Of a DNA stretch of 64,000 nucleotides, positions 50,931 to 61,443 are shown one piece after another (position 1 is the stretch's first letter; every line of letters begins with the position of its first letter). The position numbers and the translations under genes are program-made. The stretch spans positions 868,001-932,000 of the forward strand of contig CDRNVI010000030.1 in the NCBI GenBank assembly GCA_977017575.1, written 5' to 3'. Below the pieces are notes generated by a model. That model searched no databases. It was not told where the DNA came from and worked only from the letters and a program-made list of their open reading frames with translations. The DNA is from Paramoeba atlantica. Its lineage: Eukaryota > Protista > Discosea.

Positions 50931-52270
50931 AACCCCTGGCCACAAATAAGGCACCCCCCCTTATTTTTTGCATGAGGGGGTATGGTAGGGTTATCATACC
51001 ATGTTTTCGTTCAAAATTTTGAGATCTGTACGTTCCCGCTGTTTTTAGCTCATGAAAAATAAAAAAATAAAAAAATATTTTACCACTTTAACATTAGGGT
51101 CGATTTATGAAAAAATCATTCCGCAGGCCTCCGAAAGGTGGCCTCAGCCCCCTGGGGAAGGAACTCATGCTTTTAAGGTTCCAAGATGGCATCCCAAAGA
51201 AACGAATAGCACGTGAATTGAATGTAAGCGTGAAATACATTCGAAAATACCTCCGTGATCACCCCAAAATTGAGACGAAGAAAAGCCTAAAGAAATCCCC
51301 ACAGAAAAAAAAAATAAAGTCTCGTAAAAAAAGGATTGAAACCATTATTTCTAAGGAAGATGCGGCAGGGGTGCCAAAGTACAACAGTTCAAAGCGTATT
51401 TCTGTTGTTTTGTGCAGAAAGGGTGTTACTGCAAGCCCTCGAACTGTTCGTCGAGATTTGAGGCAAGCAGGGCATCAATATAGGCCACGCCCAATTTCAC
51501 AAGGGCTCACCGCTGTACAAAAAGAAAAACGCGTACAGTTTTCTTTAAATTACAAAGAGGACACATCGAAATTGATATTCTCAGATGAGAAGGTGTTTGA
51601 TACAAACGATAATCGAATGAAAGTGTGGGTAAAAAAAGGAGAGACCCCTGCAAAGAGACTAAAGGTGCGCTGGGCGCCTAAGTGTCAGGTGTGGGGTGCT
51701 ATAGGAATTAACTGGAGATGCTTAAAAATTTTATCCAGCAGGACCTCTATTACCCACGAAACATACATAGACACACTAAAACATGTTTATTTCCCCCGCA
51801 AAAGAATATTTCAACAAGATGGTGCCACCGCTCATACGGCCAAGGCCACCATAAATTACCTGAACAAACGAAAAATTAATCTACTAAAAAATTGGCCCCC
51901 AAATTCTCCCGATCTTTCTCCCATTGAAAACATATGGTCAATGGTACAACAATACGTAAATGAAAAGCTACCATCTACAGTTTCCGAACTGCAAAGGTGT
52001 ATTCTAAACACATGGAGTTCTTTACCGACTGAGATGATAAATGATACCATCTTAAGTTTCGATCGTAGACTAAAGGCCTGCGTCGAATTAGGTGGCGAAA
52101 AGGTAAAAAAGTGGTAAATAGTTTCCACTTTATAAATAGCTATAGGACTAGTGACCAAGTGTGGGAGGACATAAATCCCGAACTGAGATCTGCAAAATGC
52201 CATTGAAATTAGCTCAAACAAACAAAGCATCGTATTTTTAGGGGGGGGTGCCTTATTTTGGCCAGGGGTT
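50931..52270 (+). mobile_element. Complete Tc1-like DNA transposon (DD35E)
   Basis: ~30-bp TIR AACCCCTGGCCA(C)AAATAAGGCACCCCCCC, TA on both sides. Confidence 0.95.
51107..52117 (+). CDS. Intact Tc1/IS630-like transposase, DD35E
   Basis: N-terminal HTH, IFSDEK, QQDGATAH, WPPNSPDLSPIENIW; 35 residues between the second D and E. Confidence 0.93.
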   Translation: MKKSFRRPPKGGLSPLGKELMLLRFQDGIPKKRIARELNVSVKYIRKYLRDHPKIETKKSLKKSPQKKKIKSRKKRIETIISKEDAAGVPKYNSSKRISVVLCRKGVTASPRTVRRDLRQAGHQYRPRPISQGLTAVQKEKRVQFSLNYKEDTSKLIFSDEKVFDTNDNRMKVWVKKGETPAKRLKVRWAPKCQVWGAIGINWRCLKILSSRTSITHETYIDTLKHVYFPRKRIFQQDGATAHTAKATINYLNKRKINLLKNWPPNSPDLSPIENIWSMVQQYVNEKLPSTVSELQRCILNTWSSLPTEMINDTILSFDRRLKACVELGGEKVKKW

Positions 52271-52803
52271 TATATAGAAAAAATCTTGCAGAGCTATAGT
52301 TTTCAGGCAGAACATGACGATCAAGTTTCATCAGCATCAGATGTGGAAAACACTTCAGGCGTTCCAGGCCTGCTCTAATCATCGTTGACAAGCCATGCGC
52401 ATCAAAAGTATAGAGAAGGTGTAAGAAGAGATTAGTCAATGTTATCAAAAGGAAGAGTAAGAAATTTATTATTATTGACTGGTCATCTAAAACAACAGCA
52501 TTTTACCATAAGCAAAGATACATTTATTTGCTCACGATAAGGTTAAAAACAGGTATATACGTTTACCTCTTGTTGTATGGATGAATGACGAAATTTATTG
52601 AAACGCAACATCTCAGGTTGCAATATTTTTATCAAAGAAGGCTCTGCGCACAGCTCGCTCATTTTACTGTTCGCTTTCTAGGCGAAAGTCAGAATGCAAA
52701 AATGTCAGAAGCTAAAAATAAAACGAAAGAAAATACGCACAGACTCAAAATCTCAGGTTACGTAGTCTTTTACCAAAGAAGGCTCTGCCACGGCTCGTTC
52801 TTT

Positions 52804-53949
52804 TTACTGCGCACTTTCTAGTCGAAAGTCCGAGTGAATTGCTGCCACATCCAGCACAATTTCATGCGCCATCTCAGCAGTCGAGCTTTTGCACTTTATT
52901 TGTTTAATACCGTTAATTTCACACGTCCCCATCTTGGGATGATAGTATCTCGTATTTCGGTGCACAACTCGGTATCGGTTTGTTTTATTTTGAATTCTTC
53001 CGCAGAGGTCTCCAGCGTCAAAGAGTGACTCTACAAGAAGCAACTCGTTCGTAGATAGCATATCGTGACTGATAAAGTCTTCAAAGCGACAATTGTCAAT
53101 AGAAGCTGGCTGTTCCTCAGAAATAGTAGAAGAATTGCTCACATCACAATTTGTGACGTCTACAGGTTGCTTTACACGACATCGAATGGCAGTTTCAGCC
53201 TCAACAAGTTCAGGCTTCAGTCTTGAGCGAAGATCGGAGTGCACAAAGCCTACTGAGCTAAATATGCGCTCGCAAGCTGCTTCAGAAGTAACTGCGACCG
53301 ACAATTTTCGAGCAACGTGTGACAGAAGGGGAAACGTATGTCGGGTCACAAGATCCGACCAAAATGATTGAAAAGAGCTTTTGTCGTTATATAGACGGAT
53401 AGTTTTTACTTCATCGTTTTGATGATCACTACAACACCATTTATTCACCTCATCGATCACTTTGTATTCGGAGTTGCCGCTTACGTCGCCTGACAATGAG
53501 CACAAAAGGGGGAGACAAATCCCCCGTAGGTTTCGGATATTTCGAATGTGCATTGACGACCACTCTATCAGCGGAGATAGTATTCCTATAATCACGTGCT
53601 CTACCCGCAAAACACGAATCAAGCGGTCATATAAAATGAGTCGGCGGGATGGCTTAGCCTGACTTTGAACTGCTAGCCACATGCGGAGTCCTGAAGCAAC
53701 TGAACAATGGTCACGCTCCATAATGCGACCAATTGCGCGGTAAGGCTTGAAAAGGTCCAACCATTCCTTCAGCTCACCCTTTTTGGCGTGCTCTTCCCAT
53801 GATGCACATTTCAAAACCTTCTCTACTTCAATTAACGTAGACCACCAGCGAGTTATGCAGGGTGCCTTCCACCCGGGACAATCCTGTGCAATGCTTATTA
53901 TGCGCTCTTTGTTCTCTATTTTAAAAATTGATTCCATACATAATTGCAA
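52804..53949 (-). pseudogene. 5'-truncated hAT-like transposase fragment
   Basis: ITRWWS, FWS...FPLLSHVARKLSVAVTSEAACERIFS...RSRLKPELVE (hAT C-terminal dimerisation motif); track start is TTG; N-terminal DDE part absent. Confidence 0.75.
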
Positions 53950-55859
53950 TAATGATAATCTTAATTATTTTCATCTTTAGTAATCTTATAATACGTGTAT
54001 GTAGAATCGATTTCTCTTTTTCGTTTTTGAACAATGCCCACCCTTGATTCATGGATAACCTTTCGGCGTCCATTGCCGAGGGTTGGTGAAGTCGTTGTAC
54101 GAAGTCAAAGCTCATCCAACCTAGCAGAACCCTCGCCTCCAAGGAAAATCGCCGATTCGACTACGAAGAAAACTATTCCTAAAGGTTCTGATACCCATGC
54201 CCCCACAAAGCAATGGAGATTTGCTCCATTGCTTGGAGATTTGCCGCTCCCCTCTAAGCGTAACTCAGCTACACAAATGTATGTCACAAATGCGGAACAA
54301 CAAGATGGACGATTATGAGGACGAAAAGCAAAGGTGAGGCTCACTACCATGCTCACATAAATCGAGGGGGACGGGATAGAAAGCGGGAGCGTGCTTTTAA
54401 CAGCGAGCGTCAGTTGGCCATGGAGAAAGTGAATGACAAAATGGTAAAGGCCGTGGACGGGAAATTTGCCTTCACGAAGCAGTTTGTTTTCGAGCCTATG
54501 GAAAAGCATGGCGCTCTTAAGGAATCCTTGTAGGAAAAAGCGAAGGAAGCGCAATTTGTTTTTCGGGGTGGCGGTGATAGAATGCGTCAGAGCCCCCCTT
54601 TAAGCGCACTTTTCACGGAAAGTGAGGTACGCTTAAACGGGGGGGAGTATTTATAACTCATAAGTATTTATTGTCGGAGCTATGAAAGTTCTAATGCAAA
54701 ATTACGGTAGATTAATTGTTGACAAAGTGATGTGGCCTCCGCTTATTTTTCACCACGACAATGAGCACCACACTCGTTCGGGGCACAAGAATCAGCGTTG
54801 CGCTGCATGACTAAGCTTTTACCTTTCTCGGTACGATTTCCGGCGTGGTGCATTTATGACTTCCCTTTTATCAAACCCCTGTAACTCTTGAGTAGGGGGA
54901 ACTATCATACTTTGGCGAGTACGGTGAGTACTTAAAAAGGATGGAACATGTACGTGATCTAGCGAAACTCGCTATACTCGGTTTAAGTATCAAGTATAGA
55001 CTATACTTGCGGAAACTTCCTTTATATAAATAGAAGATTCTTATAAATAGAAGATAAGAATGCAGCGCTCTCAGCAAAGTAAATGATATTATGATTGATG
55101 GAAAAAGAATCTAAGAATTTTCCGATAGCAATATAAAAAGAAACGAATCAAAATTATTTAAGGTACAAATTTTCAGTTCCTGTCATCGAGCGGGTAAACG
55201 TGGGTAAAGCGGGTAAACGGGTAATTACCCATTTACCCGGCAGGGGTATGTATAGTACGCACCAGAAAAAAATGCTACATGTAAAGAAAAAAACCGCCAC
55301 ATGAATGAGGAGAGAAAAATTGTTTTATAGATTATTTTTCCCGATACGATTTTCACGTTCGTCGGACCAGTTCGTACTTACACACTGTATATTTGAGATC
55401 GACAGTCCAGAGGCACTTCAAAAGCTAAGTTTCCAGAATCCCATGGTGACAACTTTTCCTCAACCATAAAGATAGTACAACCACCATAATTGTTTTTCAC
55501 GTAGCTCTATTTACTGCGCGGTGAAGAAGTGCCCTGACTTACTTGCTGCCCTCTCACACACTTCTCCATCAATCCCTCTTTGAATCCCGAGAAAAATGTT
55601 TTTTCATGAGATGATCCAGGCGGAACATCAGTGGGGCGTAGTAAGCGAGAACTTACTTCCGTAAACCCATCGCGCACACCTGAAGCGTGTAACCTGCGGT
55701 CATGTGCTTCGTGATCCTTCCTACAGATCATGACATCTATATCACCCTCATTTTTCGAGCCGTCCTCAGTTGTAAAGACATCATCCCACGAATACGTAAG
55801 CATTCAAAACAGATAATGTGCAAACAAAAAATCACCAAATACAGGATAGAAAACTTTAA

Positions 55860-56672
55860 ATTGCGGTGGTTGTAAAACTACCGCTCTACCCTCGATTATT
55901 GAAAAAAAAGTGAACAAAAACAGTGAAAATATAAAGGGGAACACAGTAATATAATAGAAGAAAAAAATATAAAAGGGGGATCCGGTGGTCCAAAACTGAA
56001 AAATTGAAAAAAATGGGGGGTCCATGGGGGGGGTCCAGGGGGGGTCCAGGGGAGGGGTCCAGGGGGGTCATGGTCGAGCAAATTTTTCGAAAAAATTAGT
56101 TTTCGAAAAAAAACCGCAGAAAGGGTAGCCGGGGTCTTGGCGCGCATTTTCCACCCCCGTACCCGGGGGTGACCCCCCCGCGTATCCAAAATCGTTTCCC
56201 CTATTGTATTTTGATAGTTTGGGACCTACACTAGCTTTCTCCGCAGTTGTTTTCGCAAGGTATTCATTCTTCTAACCGTGGTGCGCCCCTCAAAATGACT
56301 CATTTTTGACTAAAAAAGGTGAAAAAGTATTTTTCGGACCTAAAGGGGCATTTTTGTATCGAAAGAATGGTATGGTTGGAGTCGCATTCTCTACCCAATA
56401 TGTTCGGTAGGCTTTCATTCATGCCTACGAGTGATTTCCCACGCGCAAATGTCGGATTTAGTGCTCTGAGAGCAAAAATACCCAAAAATGACCCCATTTT
56501 TAACCGAAATTCGGCTACTTTTGGCTATAATCTTTCCGTTTTCCGGGCTAAATTTTCTTTTTTAGGCTCTTCGTTAAACGCGGCGGTAGTTTTCAACGCG
56601 AAGCGCGCAGCATGAGTGACTTCTAGGTTGAAAACAACCACCGCGTTTAACGAAGAGCCTAAAAAGGAAATT
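55860..56672 (-). mobile_element. Hairpin-ended non-coding repeat, copy B (inverted relative to copy A)
   Basis: 39-bp-arm palindrome 56559-56597/56627-56665 with the loop reversed relative to copy A; mini-hairpin at ~55863-55884; internal (GGGGGTCCAG)-like tandem units at ~56015-56066. Confidence 0.75.
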
Positions 56673-57308
56673 CTTGTTTGTTTCGTTTGGCGTCTGATCT
56701 AGGGCAAATTAAGGTGTTACACTTGACATACAGTGGTTTCAAGATATCTTCGCCCCCTGTGGATTTTTTTTCAATAAATAGGCGGGGAGAAGTATAAAAC
56801 GCGGCATTGCCTCTATATTTTTACCCGCTAGACGAACCAAGTAGGTCCATTGGGGGGGGTATATGATTTATAAACAAGCAATCAAATTAGCAATTTCACT
56901 TGTTGTAGCCCAAAACTAGCAATTCAACCTGCCTTAAGTTATTTATGATTCTGATAACAATAATAATAAAAATAAGAAGGAAGCAATCCAGGCCCAATCC
57001 ATTCGCGCGTTCCGGACCGGGTCTTTCGGCCTCTCCACGGCCTGACTTGTGAACCCTTCCCTTGTTATATGGGAGGGCGCAGGCGCGGGCCTGTGTCGAC
57101 AGCGACACGGTCGCGAAACAGGATGCTGGCCGACGGGGAGGAGATTCACTACCCGTGTACTACCTCACTTGGGGTACCTAGCCCTCGCGGGCTAGGCGTG
57201 AGTATAGACTCTGTCGACCCGACCAGCACCCGTCCTGGATACCATGGTGTCTTCGTGCTGAAATAGGACTGTCAGTCCGAATCCCTACCTATCTCACATT
57301 GGGGTACC

Positions 57309-59125
57309 TCACTCTCGAAGGCGAGGCATGAGAATAGGCACTGTAGGCTCGATCGCTCCTGCCGGTCCGCAGCTGGCACGATTTGGTGTGGTGTCAGACG
57401 GTGCCTCGTGCAGTAAAGCGAGACTGGCATGGATATCCACGTCTGCCATGCGTCTTACAAGCATTCGTGCCTGAGACCGCATGAGCGTAACGTTCATGTC
57501 CTGGAGAAGAAAAAACATTGACGTTTGCTCGGACATATCACCCTTACATGCTGCGACTCTTTTTCCCGCGATCTTCTTCAGCATATGGAGGGACGTCGGA
57601 CTCCATGATCCGTACGATTCCACTACCATAGCGGTGAAATCATGTCCGGCCTCTAGAGCCTCTTGCCTTTGTCCACGCTTGTGGTTCGTCGCATATTTCT
57701 CTGCGAAGGCCCCTGCAGCTACCATGCCAGCAGAACGGACCAGGTCCGTATATTTCTGTTGCTGGACGTGGGTCACCGCAAAATCAAAGACAAGGCCTTT
57801 ACCGAGCGTGTGGCTCGGAAGGAACACATCCCCTGGTCTTGTGAGTGCCCCCCCTGGACCTCTGTTGCCGAGGCTGTGCTCCCTTTTCGGAGACAAATTG
57901 GCCTTTTGACAAACGTCAAAGAACTGGAGGGCCAAGGCATTATGCCTCGCCGAGATCCCGTAGTCGTGTTTACAGACCAATGCGTGGACTCCTTGTGGTC
58001 CCATTGGAAGCATGCAGCCTGAGACGGGACAGGGGTGTGTTTCTGGATATACTTTTTGTCCTAGCCACCAGGTGCACAGGGTGCGGAACTCCGTTTTAGT
58101 AAAGGCGTGCCCCTTTTCCCTGGAGGGCGTGACAAACAGCCAGTCACCTGCCCCTTTTCCAGATTGAGATATCCAACGTGCCCTCGTTTGAGGATCAGCT
58201 TTCTGATATGCATCGGTGTACTCGCGGGAAGAAATTGCACGGCTGAGCACCTTTTGGCGTGCGACTCGGTCGTTGGAAGATGAAAACTCGTGGTCGAGTT
58301 TCGTTTGTTCAAAGTAAGGGGTCGTCGTGTCTCCGGGTGGTGCTACGGGAAGATTCGCCGGGAGAGGTCGTTTTGATCCACGGAGACCCAGTACTTTTTT
58401 GAGGTGAGAGAGAGAGGAAGCGTGCTGAGGGGAAATTAGACCGGATTTCTCTTCCAGGATGCTGGTGCCCGCTCGTGAATTGACGTCCAGTACTGCATCA
58501 GCAAAATCTTTTGCGTCGAGGGAGTTCCAGTTGTCCTTATCCGCTGCGAAAGAGACTGAGGAAACGTACGCCGATGAGGCATGCATCGCTGAAGAGCGCA
58601 GCCCGAATCCACCGTAAGATTTTGGACGTTGTACTTGTGCGGCAGCGTCTTCATTTAAAGGACATATAGAGCGTTCCGTGGTATGCAGTATTGCTGTGTC
58701 AAGTTCTTCGCATAGCTCATGGACGGAATTGGTGGGTGTGGTTCTAAGAGAATATGCCATTTGGCTGAAACCAGCACACTGTCGGATGAGTGCGAGGGAA
58801 ACTTGCGGGTCTTCCATGTATTCGATCGCGGCTAGGGATTCTTCAGCAGGCAACAGGGTGTGTTCACGGAGAAATTCTGTGCAGAAATCAGTCGTTCCTA
58901 CAGGGCTACCTAAAATTGAAAAATTTCCCTCGCTTGTCTTTTTAGTCGTCGGGATGTTGTCGAAGCTGTCCAGGTGTTCGGCGGATTCAGGATGTGTGAT
59001 CGCCTCGCACTTGTTGGCGTTTAGGAAGATGCCCCACTGTGGGCCGACTCGTTCGATGATGTCTAAGGCTCGTCCGACGTCTTGAGCCTTCCCCCCGAGA
59101 ATGCCGTCATCCAACTACCACAGGT
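57309..59125 (-). pseudogene. C-terminal half of the CRE ORF (RT palm/thumb and REL endonuclease)
   Basis: In frame with 61444..63268 after removing the insert and one TA: GLLKLNLW*LDDGILGG. Confidence 0.9.
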
Positions 59126-59127
59126 TA

Positions 59128-61443
59128 CTGTGACCCCCCCCTTTAATATGGACACTTTTTCGGCTTTTGTCCATAATAAAGGGGGGGGGGGGCGATGAAA
59201 GGGGTGTGAAAAAAAATTCGGCGCCGCTTCGCGGCACCTTTTTTACTTATAATACGACAAAAAATCAAATTTGTAAAATCCATGTCCAGGAGAGAGGGCG
59301 AGGAGAGCAGAGGAAGAGGGCGGGGGAGGAGGGCGTCAATGAGGGGTGAAGGGGCACTTCTTCATAAGGGTGAAGGGTACATGGAGGATATACATTATTG
59401 ATGTACACTATAATTAGGAATAAAAAATTAACAACAAGCAAAAAATCATGCATGCTCACATTCAGCTCTATATTCCGTGTAGCTATAAAGGTTCCATTCA
59501 GTTAAATTGTAGATGTTCTAACGTAAAAATCGAGCCCAAACTTCCTACTCATACAAAGTTTCACACAAATGAACTAAAGGTGGAAAGAAAGAACTTACGT
59601 TCACGACGGGAAAAAACAAGACCAACGTTAAGAGCTCACGTAAAAAAACCCACGTAAACTTATCACAACAAAATAAAATAACAGCCCTTTTACAATTCAA
59701 AAGTATCATCATACGCTACTGACTGATCCCACCCCTCTGTGTCCATGTCCCCGCGGTCATTGTCTGGATGAAGCATTAGTTGCCCCAAACAATCTTGAGT
59801 GTCAATTATTTCCTCATCGTGAAGCTCTTCAGTGAGGGCAGGACGATGAGACAGAGCACCGGGAACGCATGGTCGCCATGTTTTTGAGATATTTTTGCGT
59901 GTGAGCTTGTTCTCCACGGGAACTAAAAAAAGCAAGTTACACAGATTGTTTACCAAATGGAGCCCGCATTCATTCGTCATTGGTTGCTGTTGCGGCACTG
60001 CGGCGTATTTAATCTTCATCTCCGCAGAGAAACCTATCAGCGGACGCATGTGAATCATGATGCTGTTCAGAAAATCAGATCGAGCAGAGGGACAATATGT
60101 TTCGTAACTGTCGAAAACAGTTAGCCCAAACCTCTGGAAATTGACAAGGATAAAATGCCCATTAAAAATTAAAGCCGCGGCTATTCGACGAACCGATGTA
60201 ATATGCTGTTTTGGCTCGCGGCCCAGGCCTAACATCAACTGCGTCTGTCCGGTATTTAGGAACATGAGATGCCTGTCTGCATTAGGCAATTCCCGATATA
60301 CCTCCATTACGTTTTGGCAGAGCTGATCCACCGCGTGCGTGGTAAGACAGCTTTTGGGACGTCGAAATTTTTTCCACGTATCAACCAGGGTGGGAGGAGT
60401 CTCCTCTGTTTCCGGCACAACAATCGGCTCATTTCGTGAAGACTCTATTTGTGGTGAAATTTCCTCACGGACTTTTATCTCAGCTTTCGCTTTTCTGGTT
60501 GGTTCACTTTCGGGATCCTTCTCGCTCCATGGATACTCTGTAGCTGGTTGCTTGATGTACCTGCGGGCGGCGTTAAGAATAGTGTTGTGATGCTTTACCC
60601 ATACTCTCGAATGGGCCTCTTTTATCCACTCCAGCACCAAATAACGAGTTACCTTACACGAAGAGTTCTGTATTCGCCATGCACTGAGCAACTCATTGTA
60701 CGCCCTCTTAAATAGGCGATTGAATACTCGGTCGTGAATTTGGATCGCTTTCGTGCACCCGCCAGGAATTGTGTGCGGGTCACAGTTGACGGGAATATCA
60801 TCAGTGCGATGCCCCGTGAAGTCGTCAGTAACGATGGCCGTTGAAGATTGTTCCAGGGTAAGTGGCAAGTATCGGTGCATCATGCGGGGATATATATCAT
60901 CTCGCACCCATCCAGAAGAGCTCACATCAATAAATATCCCTTTCAATTTATTCGCGTAACTCGTCATTTCCGAATAAATTGTTGAGCTTTCTCTGCGCTT
61001 CGCTCCGTGCTCAAAAATTACAGTCGGGTGGAGCGGGTAAACTTCGTCGGCCCCTAAATCATAGACGCCCGCAAGAAATGCGGTTACTATAATGGAGGAC
61101 TATAGTGGATATCTAAAGAAGCGTGGACATTGCGCTCATTTGTAATCAACATTGTTGGATTACCTACCTGTGGCTTTGGGGGTGTTGCCTTAATCCAAGA
61201 GGTTAAGGGTCCGTCCACGGAATTCATTAGGTTGAAAAATGACTGAAATATATGAACATGACGAACTATGTGAAAGCTGATAAAATTACCTAGCTACAGA
61301 TACCCTAAAAAACAGAAAAAAAGAGACAAAAAAAAGGGTACGTCAAAAAAAAAAAATTGGCGCCGCTGCGCGGCGCCCGGTCGGATTTGTCCATAATAAA
61401 GGGGGGGGATACCCCCTGTCCATATTAAAGGGGGGGGTCACAG
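59128..61443 (-). mobile_element. pogo/Tigger-like DNA transposon (27-bp perfect TIR, TA TSD) inserted into the CRE RT domain
   Basis: TA|CTGTGACCCCCCCCTTTAATATGGACA ... TGTCCATATTAAAGGGGGGGGTCACAG|TA; removal restores the RT frame. Confidence 0.95.
59690..60967 (-). CDS. 5'-damaged DDE_1 (pogo-type) transposase fused to a Ulp1/SENP (C48) cysteine protease domain
   Basis: SSSGWV, VTDDFTGH, IPGGCTKAIQIHDRVFNRLFK (pogo); GHFIL, VFDSY, QQQPMTNECG (H-D-Q-C); upstream frame continues TAFLAG...LHPTVIF to a stop. Confidence 0.8.
   Translation of the reverse strand: MTSYANKLKGIFIDVSSSGWVRDDIYPRMMHRYLPLTLEQSSTAIVTDDFTGHRTDDIPVNCDPHTIPGGCTKAIQIHDRVFNRLFKRAYNELLSAWRIQNSSCKVTRYLVLEWIKEAHSRVWVKHHNTILNAARRYIKQPATEYPWSEKDPESEPTRKAKAEIKVREEISPQIESSRNEPIVVPETEETPPTLVDTWKKFRRPKSCLTTHAVDQLCQNVMEVYRELPNADRHLMFLNTGQTQLMLGLGREPKQHITSVRRIAAALIFNGHFILVNFQRFGLTVFDSYETYCPSARSDFLNSIMIHMRPLIGFSAEMKIKYAAVPQQQPMTNECGLHLVNNLCNLLFLVPVENKLTRKNISKTWRPCVPGALSHRPALTEELHDEEIIDTQDCLGQLMLHPDNDRGDMDTEGWDQSVAYDDTFEL

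Larger units (their letters stand above)
50235..54647 (-). mobile_element. Possible large TA-flanked element whose two ends match the two ends of the 92-bp MITE at 18849; carries nested elements
   Basis: TA|CTGTCCCCCCGTTTAAGCGCACCGG at 50235 and GCGCACTTTTCACGGAAAGTGAGGTACGCTTAAACGGGGGGGAG|TA ending at 54647. Confidence 0.5.

Noticed and set aside
52280-54650. Complete hAT element with 8-bp TSD
   Set aside because: No matching 8-bp flanks or hAT-type TIR pair found; the ORF lacks its N-terminal half
55191-55248. Interstitial telomere
   Set aside because: Unit is GGGTAA, not GGGTTA; irregular spacing and partly inverted
55507-55803. 98-aa minus-strand ORF as a gene
   Set aside because: No recognisable motif; lies in TE-rich sequence; could be a decayed fragment but unsupported
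48728-56672. IS200/IS605-Fanzor, Polinton or virophage identity for the hairpin-bounded region
   Set aside because: No TnpB/Fanzor, Y1, PolB, integrase or capsid ORF; the hairpins are inverted rather than same-strand as in IS605
56990-57310. Known ribozyme (hammerhead, twister, HDV) in the CRE UTRs
   Set aside because: No CUGANGA/GAAA core in the right geometry; GGGUUCACAAG only superficially resembles twister P4; P1/P3/P1.1 of HDV could not be fitted by eye
16494-59117. Stop-codon reassignment (in-frame TAG/TAA at ~17071, ~30749, 59115, ~7636)
   Set aside because: The stops replace different residues (W, E, Y), occur only in TEs or a duplicate gene, and TAG/TAA end normal genes such as XRN1, PEX1 and tubulin. 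Long host ORFs have no internal stops.
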